20,000 nucleotides of DNA from an uncultured virus (IMG/VR IMGVR_UViG_3300042564_004671) (lineage: Duplodnaviria > Heunggongvirae > Uroviricota > Caudoviricetes): the IMG/VR virus record IMGVR_UViG_3300042564_004671; one strand, written 5' to 3'. A model generated the notes under the pieces. The model saw only the letters and a program-made list of their open reading frames with translations. It was not told the origin of the DNA and did no database searches. Shown here one piece after another: positions 1-8,308 of the stretch (positions are counted from its first letter, which is position 1; each line of letters begins with the position of its first letter). The position numbers and the translations under genes are program-made.

Positions 1-2
1 TA

Positions 3-575
3 TTTCCAAGAGAAATAAGTAAGGGTGGTATGGGTCTAGTTTATTCAGCTTCAGTTTTAGGTTTTCTATCTAAATCAAAATTGAAAACAGGAGATGAGGA
101 TGATATGGACTTAGGCCAATCAGGTATCTCGGTTCTTTTCAAAACTCAAAAGAACCGTTTAGCCAAACCTAAGAAAATTAGATTTGATATCTCTTTTCTA
201 AATGGTTTAAATCCTTACACTGGATTAGATGCTTTCTGTCGTCCAGAATATTTTGAACAAATTGGTATCGCTAAAGGTAAAATGGATGTTGATAAGAAAA
301 CAGGCGAAATGACTTTCATCCCAGGTGGTATCAGATGGTATGTTAATCACTTAAATAAATCAGTTACAACAAAACAATTATTTTCATCTGAGATATTTAC
401 TCAAGAAGTTCTTGAAAAAATGGCACCAATTGTAAATGATTATTTCAGATTTAGATCATTGGATGAAATTGAAGATGTTGAAAAACAATTTAATAGTGTA
501 ATCGGAGAAGATGAAGACGAAGATGAATCAAATGGATTCACAGATGCCGCTGACGCAGATGATATCTTTGGATAA
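3..575 (+). CDS. uvsX: UvsX/RecA-family recombinase, C-terminal part (5' end outside window)
   Basis: Frame is open from position 3 (FPREISKGGMGLVYSASVLGFLSK). It matches the RecA/UvsX GG-x-x-L-x-Y-x-A-S motif, followed by KTQKNRLAKP and ISFLNGLNPYTGL (cf. T4 UvsX KSRF...GGIDPYSGL) and an acidic tail. The ATG at 30 is internal. Confidence 0.85.
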   Translation, partial: FPREISKGGMGLVYSASVLGFLSKSKLKTGDEDDMDLGQSGISVLFKTQKNRLAKPKKIRFDISFLNGLNPYTGLDAFCRPEYFEQIGIAKGKMDVDKKTGEMTFIPGGIRWYVNHLNKSVTTKQLFSSEIFTQEVLEKMAPIVNDYFRFRSLDEIEDVEKQFNSVIGEDEDEDESNGFTDAADADDIFG

Positions 576-628
576 TATTAAAAATAAAGTCGAAGAGTAC
601 TTAACTCTAAAAAATAAAATAAATTAAA

Positions 629-805
629 ATGACAAAACAAGAAATCTACGAACAGTTAAAACAACTTTGGGAGCAATTCGAAGCTGGACACAATGGTACA
701 ACTAAAGTATCTGATTCAAGAGCTCGTAAAGCTTTAGGTGAAGTTAAGAAATTAATTACTCCTTACAGAGCAGCTTCTACTGAAGAAGGTAAAGCAAAAA
801 AATAA
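629..805 (+). CDS. Hc1 / histone H1-like small DNA-binding protein, Bacteroidota type (58 aa, not in ORF track)
   Basis: Hand translation: MTKQEIYEQLKQLWEQFEAGHNGTTKVSDSRARKALGEVKKLITPYRAASTEEGKAKK. The K-x-x-x-x-RARKA-x-x-E-x-x-K-L...R pattern is typical of Hc1-like proteins. A-rich leader before the ATG. Confidence 0.75.
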   Translation: MTKQEIYEQLKQLWEQFEAGHNGTTKVSDSRARKALGEVKKLITPYRAASTEEGKAKK

Positions 806-821
806 AACAAAATCAATTCCA

Positions 822-1040
822 ATGAAAAATATGATAAAATCGCTATTAGTGGAAAGAAATGTGGAAAGTAAAAACTTTTCAGATGAAATATTATATAAAG
901 TTGGAATGGACAATGTTAGAGATAACATTGAATTCTATCACGACAAAACATTCACTTGTGAGTCAGTGATAAAAGAATTGTTTATTAGAGGTATAATTAA
1001 TTATATCGAGAAAAATAGGTTTCCTTATTTAGAAAAATAA
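822..1040 (+). CDS. hypothetical protein (72 aa)
   Basis: ORF co-oriented with upstream genes and followed by a terminator; no recognised motif. Confidence 0.6.
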   Translation: MKNMIKSLLVERNVESKNFSDEILYKVGMDNVRDNIEFYHDKTFTCESVIKELFIRGIINYIEKNRFPYLEK

Positions 1041-1076
1041 GGTGGTGGATGTTCGGAAGTGATTCGGGCCCAAAAG

Positions 1077-1111
1077 AAAACCCTCTGAATTAATTTTCAG
1101 AGGGTTTTTTT
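1077..1111. terminator. bidirectional intrinsic terminator
   Basis: AAAA-CCCTCTGAA-ttaatt-TTCAGAGGG-TTTTTTT between convergent ORFs 822..1040 and 1090..1566. Confidence 0.85.
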
Positions 1112-1566
1112 GTTGACGTATAAATAGTTCTGTATATAGAAATACACCAATAAATAATATTTAAACCACCATAGACTAAATATAAACTTAAATTCATTCC
1201 AAAAAGCTTAAATACTATATCTAAAATGATAAAAAAACAAACAGATATTAAAAAATACCTATTTAGTTTATCAAATTTTTGAGTGACTACAAATTTTTGA
1301 AATTTATACTTTATAATTAAGTAAGGATGTTGTAATAAAGATATTTTTCTATCTCTACTACAAGGTATGCAGATTTTTGAATAATCCTCTGATTTCATCA
1401 ATCTTTCGAAAGTTTCTTTTTCAGATAAGTTCAAATCATCTTTGCAATTATAGCATATTTTACCTTTTTTTATCTCCCAACTTAATGAGTTTCTTTTTTT
1501 CAAAATTAAAATTTGAAAAAAAACAAAAAATATGGGTAAAAAACAATATATGATTGAAAACATCAT
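1090..1566 (-). CDS. membrane protein with CxxC..CxxC zinc ribbon
   Basis: N-terminal hydrophobic segment, CYNC...CIPC, then two C-terminal hydrophobic segments. ATGA overlap with the upstream gene's stop. Confidence 0.7.
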   Translation of the reverse strand: MMFSIIYCFLPIFFVFFQILILKKRNSLSWEIKKGKICYNCKDDLNLSEKETFERLMKSEDYSKICIPCSRDRKISLLQHPYLIIKYKFQKFVVTQKFDKLNRYFLISVCFFIILDIVFKLFGMNLSLYLVYGGLNIIYWCISIYRTIYTSTKKPSEN

Positions 1567-2015
1567 CCTAAAATTAATTTTAAAAAATTATCTCTCTTAT
1601 CCATCTTAGATAAAGACTTAACACACTCTGGCCCTAAACCATTTAAGATACTAGAAGGTACAGTAAGTGTTCTACCACATTTACCACATTTACCCTCGTG
1701 CCAAGCTTCAATGAAGTCAGGTAGAGTATTTGTTTTTAGTTTATTAAGAACATACTCAAATACTTTAACGGATTGAGCATCTTTAGAAATTGCTGATTTT
1801 TTACCATGTCTATAGATACCTTCAATACAAGTACCAATATAGGAATATGTTTCAGGACCCGTCAAAACACTAATAAAAAACATATTAGAGTCTTTGGCTT
1901 GTTTTACTTTGAATGTAAAACGATTTCCTGTTTTTGAGTTAAGTAATGTAACAAGTGATTTACCTGCAAAGATAAATTTAAGTGCTTCTGAGTTATTTAA
2001 TTTATGTCCTTCCAT
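1563..2015 (-). CDS. DUF6011-like zinc-finger protein
   Basis: C-terminal CGKCGRTLTVPSSILNGLGPEC matches the C-x-x-CGR-x-L...S...G-x-GP-x-C signature. Confidence 0.75.
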   Translation of the reverse strand: MEGHKLNNSEALKFIFAGKSLVTLLNSKTGNRFTFKVKQAKDSNMFFISVLTGPETYSYIGTCIEGIYRHGKKSAISKDAQSVKVFEYVLNKLKTNTLPDFIEAWHEGKCGKCGRTLTVPSSILNGLGPECVKSLSKMDKRDNFLKLILG

Positions 2016-2034
2016 TTTGTAGTGATTTATAATA

Positions 2035-2065
2035 CAAATATAAGGAAAATATCTTAATAGTCAAA
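2035..2065 (-). promoter_or_regulatory. Bacteroidota-type sigmaA promoter (-33 TTTG / -7 TAnnTTTG)
   Basis: Minus strand: TTTG (2065-2062), 19 nt, TATATTTG (2042-2035), ending about 20 nt upstream of the ATG at 2015. Spacing fits the Bacteroides/Flavobacterium consensus. Confidence 0.65.
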
Positions 2066-2067
2066 TA

Positions 2068-2076
2068 TAATATATA
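2068..2076 (+). promoter_or_regulatory. TAATATATA putative phage late promoter
   Basis: Exact motif 4 nt before ATG 2081; recurs before many genes. Confidence 0.65.
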
Positions 2077-2080
2077 AATT

Positions 2081-2482
2081 ATGATTAAAAGATTTCAACA
2101 ATTTATAACTGAAAGATTCTCACTTCAAAATGATTTTGGAGTGACATATAGTGAATTGGATGAGATAATGTATTATATTACTGATGAATTTCAAAATCTA
2201 GGATGGTCAGTTGAAGATTCATCACAATCATCTTTAATAGAACAAGATGATAATTGTTTTATAATTGAATTATATGATAAAACGATTGATTTCCCATCTG
2301 ATATGCCAGTTCTTCATTATATTGAACCAAAAGTTTTCGAGTTAATATCAGATGTTAATAGTCAATTAAAACAATATGAACTGGAAGTTTACACATCAGA
2401 CTTTGGATCAACTGATGCTTATTATGAGTTAGTAATATCTAAAATAGACCACACACCTAAAGATAGACAAAGAGGTTGGTAG
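2081..2482 (+). CDS. hypothetical acidic protein with capsid-targeting-like leader
   Basis: 133-aa ORF starting MIKRFQQFITE. Confidence 0.7.
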   Translation: MIKRFQQFITERFSLQNDFGVTYSELDEIMYYITDEFQNLGWSVEDSSQSSLIEQDDNCFIIELYDKTIDFPSDMPVLHYIEPKVFELISDVNSQLKQYELEVYTSDFGSTDAYYELVISKIDHTPKDRQRGW

Positions 2483-2487
2483 ATTCT

Positions 2488-2496
2488 TACTATATA
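2488..2496 (+). promoter_or_regulatory. late promoter variant TACTATATA
   Basis: One mismatch to TAATATATA, 5 nt before ATG 2502. Confidence 0.45.
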
Positions 2497-2501
2497 GAAT
2501 T

Positions 2502-3224
2502 ATGAATATAGTAGCAGTCGATCCATCACTTATTTCAACAGCTCTTGTAGTTACATCAGGAGATACATTTAAGATTTATAATTATTGTAGAGAGTCATCT
2601 GCTTTTGGTAAAACAGGTATCAAAAAATGGTTCAAATTAGCTGAAGAGTTTGTAACTTATAAGTTTATTGAATATAGAGAATTTGAAGATTACTCAGAAG
2701 GAGAACTAACAAAGTTAAAAGATTATGATAAAATAACAGATGATATCATAAAAGATATTTTAGATAATATAGATTCAACTAAACCAACTAAGATAGGAAT
2801 CGAAGGTTATTCATTCTCATCAACTGCTGGTGATATTATTGACTTAGTTACATTCTCAACTCTTTTAAGAAAGAAACTATTTGATGAAATATCAGAAGAT
2901 ATTACGGTTCTTTCTCCATCAACACTTAAATTAGAGTCTTGTAAATTGACTTATCCACCTATTATTAAAGAAATTGGAGGAAAGAAACCAAGACAAGAAT
3001 TTATTTGGAGGAATTCAATTGGTGTTTCTGGTGGAAACTTTAAAAAACCAGAGATGTTCAAGTCTATTATTGATAATAATGATTTAAATGATTTTTGGGC
3101 AAAACATTGTAAGTTATCAAAATCAGATGTTTTATCTATTTCGGTTATACCAAAACCATATGAAGATGTTAATGACGCTTACTTAATCTATAAAGTATTA
3201 GAAAAACAAAACCCACTTAATTAG
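2502..3224 (+). CDS. RuvC-like (RNase H fold) nuclease / Holliday junction resolvase
   Basis: Catalytic pattern IVAVDPSL (D), IGIEGY (E), SPSTLK, DVNDAYLI (DxxD). Confidence 0.8.
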   Translation: MNIVAVDPSLISTALVVTSGDTFKIYNYCRESSAFGKTGIKKWFKLAEEFVTYKFIEYREFEDYSEGELTKLKDYDKITDDIIKDILDNIDSTKPTKIGIEGYSFSSTAGDIIDLVTFSTLLRKKLFDEISEDITVLSPSTLKLESCKLTYPPIIKEIGGKKPRQEFIWRNSIGVSGGNFKKPEMFKSIIDNNDLNDFWAKHCKLSKSDVLSISVIPKPYEDVNDAYLIYKVLEKQNPLN

Positions 3225-3235
3225 GTGGGTTTTTT
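3208..3235. terminator. bidirectional intrinsic terminator
   Basis: AAAACCCACTTAATTAGGTGGGTTTTTT between convergent genes. Confidence 0.85.
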
Positions 3236-3238
3236 AAT

Positions 3239-5230
3239 TTAACTTTCATATTGTTTAATCTTATCTTCAAGATATTCAATTGTTTTCTTTTTAATTTCAG
3301 GTGATGTTTTTCTACTATGACTTAACCAAGTTAAAGCTGCTTTGAATCCACCTTTAACACCTTTTTCTATCATTATATCAATGAAATCTAATCTACCATA
3401 CTCTGCTGCCCATTTAACTGGCATGTTTCTACCAGAATCATCTGCTAATTTAGCACCATACTTAACAAGTAATTGGAATACATCTAAGTATCCTTCTCCA
3501 ATATCATCAATATTTTTCCAACCACCTCTACAACATCTTCTTATTGGAAGTGAGTTGTCAAAGTTAGGATTTAATCCTTGTTTCAAACAATATTCAACAG
3601 CATTAACATCATTACAAATATTATTAAATACTTCTCCTGTTAATTCAGAACCATTAGATACCAATAATTTAATCATATCTAAGTCTTGAGCTTTATTAAC
3701 AATAGCGTCTGCTTTACTTCTTAAGTTTGGAGAACCACCTAATTCTAAAATAACTTTAGCTTTCTCGTGATTGTTTTCTTCAACAGCATGTAAGAGAGCT
3801 ACACAATTATCTTTATTGATATTAGCGCCATCTTCTTTAACATATTGTTTAATCTTTTCAATTGAAAGTCCTTTCTTAACTATTTCTCTTTCAGCAAGTT
3901 TTGCTCTTTCTCTTCTAGTGATTTCTTCTTGAGTCATTGGTTTAAGCTGAGCAAAAAGATCTTCCTTAATATCATATTCACCTTCCCATTTTTTAAGAAG
4001 ATTTTTAATTGAACTAAGAATATTAGCGTCGTCTTTAGCATGAGCCGCTCTTACTGATTGACCTGGTTGAATAGTAATACCAATAGTAGATAAGTTATCA
4101 TATTGAGGAATATTAAAGTTATAAATATAATATTGTTTGTTATTATGGTTACCAACATAGTTTTCCCACTGAGAAGAATAATCTTTAATACAATGTCGTG
4201 TATGACCATTTAACATCTGATTAGCTTGAAAAGACTTAACTTCAATAATTAAGATACCATTATCTTCAAATACGGTATCAGAACCTAAGTAACCATACTT
4301 CTCATTACAAGCATTAATCTTATCATAAAAAGCAATAATTGAATCATTTTCTGATGATTTCAAGTAGTTCTGAGCCGCTTTGATAAACTCTCTAATATTT
4401 TTATATCTGAAAAGAGGTCCGAAATATCTTTTATCACCTTTCTTATAAGCTTTACCATGAATAACTTGGTCAGCATCAATTATTCTAACCTCACCAAAGA
4501 ATGATTTCCATAGTCTTTCTTTTTTAACTTCATCTTTACCACCTAATTGATCAAATCCTCTACAAACTTCAGCAAATTGGTCTTTAATAACTTCTGGTGA
4601 ATCCATATAATCTTTTTTCAACACCGGAGTTAATTTATCAATTACTTTTTTAATTTTTTTATAATCCTCTAAACTATCTAATCCATCAATAAGTGCCTCT
4701 GCATTATTTGGAATATTTGGATCGATAAAATTAGCATCAAACTTTTTAGGAAGTCTATCAAGTAATCCAGAATATTCAACAAGTTTAGATAGAATGTTAT
4801 TAGGTGCTTCAATTTCTTTACCATCAACTTCAATTTTCTCTACTCTTGTAAATAACTCTTCCATTGAAACCATCTCAACAAAAAAGAAATAAGTAAATGG
4901 ATAAGTCCACCCTATGTGTTTTTGACCTAAATACTCTCTAATCTTTAAGAAGTCTGGATTTCTCTCAATATTTCTTACTTCTTCATCTTTTAGTCTAAGT
5001 TCTCTTAACTTTAATTTGATCTCACTTTGTTGTTCTGGAGTAAAGTCACCTAAAGTCAAACATCTTTTTTCTTTATGATCCAACTGAGCTTTTAACTCAC
5101 CTTCAACAAATCCAAGGTTAGTAGCAGCAGTAGTTAACAAATAAGTATCTTTCAAGAATTTTTTAGCCTTATCAAGATTTTCGTTTAATGGTTTCTCACC
5201 TAAAAATTGATTATATTTAAATAGTTTCAT
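3239..5230 (-). CDS. ankyrin-repeat protein (663 aa) with capsid-targeting-like leader
   Basis: C-terminal ankyrin-like units (GANINKDNCVALLHAVEENN, DMIKLLVSNG, QLLVKYGA, PVKWAAEYGRLDFIDIMIEKG). Central HCIK..SQWENY..QYYIYNF domain. Starts MKLFKYNQFLGE. Confidence 0.8.
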   Translation of the reverse strand: MKLFKYNQFLGEKPLNENLDKAKKFLKDTYLLTTAATNLGFVEGELKAQLDHKEKRCLTLGDFTPEQQSEIKLKLRELRLKDEEVRNIERNPDFLKIREYLGQKHIGWTYPFTYFFFVEMVSMEELFTRVEKIEVDGKEIEAPNNILSKLVEYSGLLDRLPKKFDANFIDPNIPNNAEALIDGLDSLEDYKKIKKVIDKLTPVLKKDYMDSPEVIKDQFAEVCRGFDQLGGKDEVKKERLWKSFFGEVRIIDADQVIHGKAYKKGDKRYFGPLFRYKNIREFIKAAQNYLKSSENDSIIAFYDKINACNEKYGYLGSDTVFEDNGILIIEVKSFQANQMLNGHTRHCIKDYSSQWENYVGNHNNKQYYIYNFNIPQYDNLSTIGITIQPGQSVRAAHAKDDANILSSIKNLLKKWEGEYDIKEDLFAQLKPMTQEEITRRERAKLAEREIVKKGLSIEKIKQYVKEDGANINKDNCVALLHAVEENNHEKAKVILELGGSPNLRSKADAIVNKAQDLDMIKLLVSNGSELTGEVFNNICNDVNAVEYCLKQGLNPNFDNSLPIRRCCRGGWKNIDDIGEGYLDVFQLLVKYGAKLADDSGRNMPVKWAAEYGRLDFIDIMIEKGVKGGFKAALTWLSHSRKTSPEIKKKTIEYLEDKIKQYES

Positions 5231-5238
5231 TTTAGTTA

Positions 5239-6996
5239 TTATTTTATTCTTGTATGAAAGCTATGGCCCTCATTAATTCTTTCTAATTCTTTTAGATAAA
5301 TTTCTTTACCTTCTTTCATATATTGAGCTAACATTTGAACTTTTTTATAGTCACCCTCATCTAAAGCAGCATCAATTAACTCTTGTAATTCTCTTGGAGT
5401 TAAATCAGCATAATCTACTTCACCTTCAGTTTCTTCAGATCCACCATATAAACTTTGTTTAACTAATTTATCAATGTCAGATTCTTCTTCTTCTTTACCT
5501 GGCTCCATAGTACCATCTTCTTCCTCTTCTTGACGATATTTTTCTTCTTCCTGACGATATTTTTCTTCTTCTTGTCTTTCCTTTTCTTCTTGTTCCCATT
5601 CAGCAATTTCTCTATTATAGTCTTCGATATCTTCAACGATATAGTCAACTATCTTTTTGATTTCTGTTTTAGCTAAAGATGAATTGAATTTTTGTTCATT
5701 AATAACAAATTCAATTTTACCACCTCTTTCAACACTATCAAATACAGAGAACATACTTTTCATAATATCTAAGAATTGTTTATCAGTTCTAGCAATATCT
5801 GCTTTCTTTTTCAAAAATTGTTTATGTTCTTCAGGAGCATTTTTAACTTCTTCTTGAGCTCTTTCTTTATCAACAGCTAACATTGTAAATACTCTTGTTT
5901 CTAATCTTTTATAATCATTAGATTCAGAAAATTTATTAACAAAAGTTAATAACATTTGTAAAGCTGGTGGTCCATATCTAAAGTCTTGAGCTTCATCCAT
6001 AAAAGATGAAGTAGCTTTTTTAACTATTTCTGCAGTTTTCTTATCTTTCTTGATAGCACCAGATTGTAAGAAAAGGAATATACCTTTAATTGTCTCGTGA
6101 ATCAACATTGGAAAATCAACACCAGCAGATTTAATAACTATTTTAGTAGCTTCTTTTTCTAAAAGAAGATTCATATTATAAAAGTTACCTGACAAACTTT
6201 CCCATTTAACTTGAACAGCTCCAGCCATACCACCTGGTTGATTTCTCATCATACTAGCTTTTCTATCAATTGGAATAACCCAGTCCATTTTATCAGCGAT
6301 ATCTGACATTTGAACCCATAAGTTTAATATTGTTCTATAACCATCACCGAAAATTTGTTGTAAACCTTCATCAACAATATCAGAAGCTCTAATAATATCT
6401 TTTGTAGATTTACCAGCGGCTTGAGTAATCATATTAAGAATCTTTTTCTTTTCAACCGCATCAACTAAATCAGTTCCAGGAACTTCTTCTTGTTCTTCAT
6501 CTGATCCAGACTCTTGATTTTCATCTTGGTCCTCATCTTGGTCCTCTTGGTCTCTCTCATCTTGCTCTTCTTGGTCTTGTTCAGTAGGCTGTTTAGCTTG
6601 TTGAGGAACTTCATTAATATCTCCAATTTCTCTATTAACAGAACCCATCGGTACTAATTTAATATCTAATTCAATTGGCTTAATAGATGAATCTAAAATT
6701 TCACCGAATTGATCTCTTACTACTTTCTCAGCTAACTTTTCTAATTTAGCAATTCTTTCTTGTACTTCTTGTTGTGATAATCTTTGTCCATTAGGACCTG
6801 TTGATAAAATTTGTTGAGATTGTCTCATAGCACCTTCAAAAGATGGCCAAAGATTTCTCATTTGAGACTCATCATCAGGTCTGATACCTAAATTTCTTGC
6901 AGCTTCTTCATCAGATTTACGCATGAAATCAGTAGGGACTCCCTTATTTCCTCTCAAATCAACTTCTTCTTTTATAAATTTTTCAAAATTTTTCAT
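5239..6996 (-). CDS. acidic 585-aa protein with C-terminal IDEAL/UVR-like motif
   Basis: Starts MKNFEKFIKEE; Q/D/E-rich linkers; FPMLIHETIKG motif; C-terminal LQELIDAALDEGDYKKVQML resembles the IDEAL (IDxALD) domain. Confidence 0.7.
   Translation of the reverse strand: MKNFEKFIKEEVDLRGNKGVPTDFMRKSDEEAARNLGIRPDDESQMRNLWPSFEGAMRQSQQILSTGPNGQRLSQQEVQERIAKLEKLAEKVVRDQFGEILDSSIKPIELDIKLVPMGSVNREIGDINEVPQQAKQPTEQDQEEQDERDQEDQDEDQDENQESGSDEEQEEVPGTDLVDAVEKKKILNMITQAAGKSTKDIIRASDIVDEGLQQIFGDGYRTILNLWVQMSDIADKMDWVIPIDRKASMMRNQPGGMAGAVQVKWESLSGNFYNMNLLLEKEATKIVIKSAGVDFPMLIHETIKGIFLFLQSGAIKKDKKTAEIVKKATSSFMDEAQDFRYGPPALQMLLTFVNKFSESNDYKRLETRVFTMLAVDKERAQEEVKNAPEEHKQFLKKKADIARTDKQFLDIMKSMFSVFDSVERGGKIEFVINEQKFNSSLAKTEIKKIVDYIVEDIEDYNREIAEWEQEEKERQEEEKYRQEEEKYRQEEEEDGTMEPGKEEEESDIDKLVKQSLYGGSEETEGEVDYADLTPRELQELIDAALDEGDYKKVQMLAQYMKEGKEIYLKELERINEGHSFHTRIK
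5531..5572. repeat. 21-bp tandem duplication within CDS (encodes EEEKYRQ x2)
   Basis: TGACGATATTTTTCTTCTTC(C/T) repeated twice. Confidence 0.9.
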
Positions 6997-7004
6997 AGTT
7001 AAAA

Positions 7005-7277
7005 TTATTTTTGTTCGAAATAGGAGTCTATTTCTTTTTTATCTTCTTTTGAAGCATCTGAATAAACAGAACTAAGTCTATCAATTACTTTTTCAGCTGA
7101 CGCTAAAGGAGCATCTTGTTCAGATGGAACTTCAGTTGGTGTTATACCTGGTCTACTTGGTCTCGGTCTCGTTGGAGTAGGAGTTGTAGTCGGTGCTGGA
7201 GTTGTAGTCGGTGCTGGATTTGCACCCATTACCAATTCCTCACTAACAAAACTCTCAAACTTTTTGATAATTCTCAT
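7005..7277 (-). CDS. small Pro/Thr-rich protein with capsid-targeting-like leader
   Basis: MRIIKKFESFVSEE followed by PAPTTTPAPTTTPTPTRPRPSRPG. Confidence 0.75.
   Translation of the reverse strand: MRIIKKFESFVSEELVMGANPAPTTTPAPTTTPTPTRPRPSRPGITPTEVPSEQDAPLASAEKVIDRLSSVYSDASKEDKKEIDSYFEQK
7180..7218. repeat. 18-bp tandem repeat (encodes PAPTTT x2)
   Basis: GGAGTTGTAGTCGGTGCT x2 plus partial GGA. Confidence 0.9.
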
Positions 7278-7303
7278 ATATAAGTTTATAATTTTTACAT
7301 TAT

Positions 7304-7312
7304 TATATATTA
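7304..7312 (-). promoter_or_regulatory. TAATATATA putative late promoter
   Basis: Exact motif on minus strand 26 nt upstream of ATG 7277; heads the 7277-3239 operon. Confidence 0.65.
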
Positions 7313-7329
7313 ATTTCTAATCTTCAAAA

Positions 7330-7815
7330 ATGACATTAAAACCAATAAAAAGTTATTATGATTACAAACAAGCTAAAAAATACCTAGAGTCTGTATCTTA
7401 TAATGAATTAACGAAAGAAGAATCTAATGATATTGAAATTCTATCTATTCTAATAGAGGACTTTGAAAGAAGAGGTAAACCAAACTTAGAAGATGTAGTT
7501 ATTGAGCCAATAATTGATTATGTTTACGATTTAGTTGAAAACGCATCTAAATATGAGAAAAACGGATTAATAGAAAAGGGTCTAAAACTAGGAGAAGAAT
7601 ATGGTGAGTTATCAGCCGAGATTTTAAAATTAAAAGGATATAAAAAAACAACCGAAGATGAAGGTAGAATAAACTATAATATTCTATTGGAATCAACCGA
7701 TTGTTTAATAATGGTATTTGATATTATGTCATCTATGGGATTCACTAAAAAACAAATATGTGATATGTCAGAAAAACAAGTTAATAAGTGGTTAAAAAAT
7801 ATAGAAATTAAGTAG
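7330..7815 (+). CDS. MazG-like NTP pyrophosphohydrolase fused to a HigA-antitoxin-like N-terminal helical domain
   Basis: C-half KLGEEYGELSAEI...ESTD fits the MazG EExxE...ExxD motif. N-terminal LKPIKSYYDYKQA...EESNDIEILSILIEDFE resembles HigA N-termini (KPIK-x-x-x-DY..A..E..D..EIL..LI..YE). Confidence 0.7.
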   Translation: MTLKPIKSYYDYKQAKKYLESVSYNELTKEESNDIEILSILIEDFERRGKPNLEDVVIEPIIDYVYDLVENASKYEKNGLIEKGLKLGEEYGELSAEILKLKGYKKTTEDEGRINYNILLESTDCLIMVFDIMSSMGFTKKQICDMSEKQVNKWLKNIEIK

Positions 7816-7816
7816 T

Positions 7817-8248
7817 ATGAAAAAAGCGTATGTTATTTTAAAAAAAGGATTTGAGTATGATGATAACATCTACAATGAATCAGATGGTGGTACACCAAAT
7901 CTAATTGTATTTTCTAAAGAAGATGCTCAATTAAAAGTAAATGAATTAAATATTCAAGAATTAAAAAATTGTTCAATATCAGAATACTCATATGATATGG
8001 AAGATATTCTTAATGTAGAAATTGATGAATATGATAAATTCAACGAATCTCTAAATACCAAGTATGGTAAACCAGAATCTAAAAATAGATGGGATTCATT
8101 TGAGAATAAACTACATCCAATGGCTAATGAAGAAGAAGCTAATCAATATGTTAAAATGGTTTCTATTAGTTTTTACGAGGCTGTTGAAACGGATATTGAT
8201 GTTCAATCTCTTAGAGAAAAACAAGTTTCTAGTATTTTAGACAAGTAA
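7817..8248 (+). CDS. hypothetical protein (143 aa)
   Basis: ORF starts 1 nt after the upstream stop; ends LREKQVSSILDK. Confidence 0.7.
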   Translation: MKKAYVILKKGFEYDDNIYNESDGGTPNLIVFSKEDAQLKVNELNIQELKNCSISEYSYDMEDILNVEIDEYDKFNESLNTKYGKPESKNRWDSFENKLHPMANEEEANQYVKMVSISFYEAVETDIDVQSLREKQVSSILDK

Positions 8249-8260
8249 ATCAAAATAATT

Positions 8261-8308
8261 ATAAATTATCCTCATAGTTTTAATATATAGACTATGAGGA
8301 TTATTTAT
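8261..8308. promoter_or_regulatory. 18-bp inverted repeat with TAATATATA late-promoter motif (8281-8289) in the loop
   Basis: ATAAATTATCCTCATAGT (8261-8278) / ACTATGAGGATTATTTAT (8291-8308), one mismatch; loop TTTAATATATAG. Confidence 0.75.

Noticed and set aside
1041..1071. GC-rich stretch GGTGGTGGATGTTCGGAAGTGATTCGGGCCC, considered as tRNA/ncRNA remnant or att site
   Set aside because: Only about 30 nt, no cloverleaf or convincing stem, and no second copy seen in the window.
2502..3224. RuvC-fold protein as TnpB/Cas12-like effector or transposase
   Set aside because: Only 240 aa, RuvC motif I at the extreme N-terminus, no zinc finger or HTH, no flanking ncRNA space or terminal repeats; fits a stand-alone resolvase.
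3342..3689. 115-aa + strand ORF
   Set aside because: Antisense shadow wholly inside the ankyrin gene; TTG start and no independent signals.
3239..5230. Ankyrin repeats and AT-rich TATA-like promoters as evidence of a eukaryotic giant virus
   Set aside because: UvsX, gp26-like, gp23-like and tail fibre genes, overlapping operons and intrinsic terminators indicate a tailed bacteriophage.
5463..5857. ORFs 5463..5648 (-) and 5657..5857 (+)
   Set aside because: Off-frame and antisense products of the Glu-rich region of the 585-aa gene; the poly-Lys content is a frame artefact.
5531..7218. Short direct repeats considered as CRISPR array or DGR template/variable repeats
   Set aside because: In-frame tandem duplications without spacers; no cas or reverse transcriptase gene in the window.
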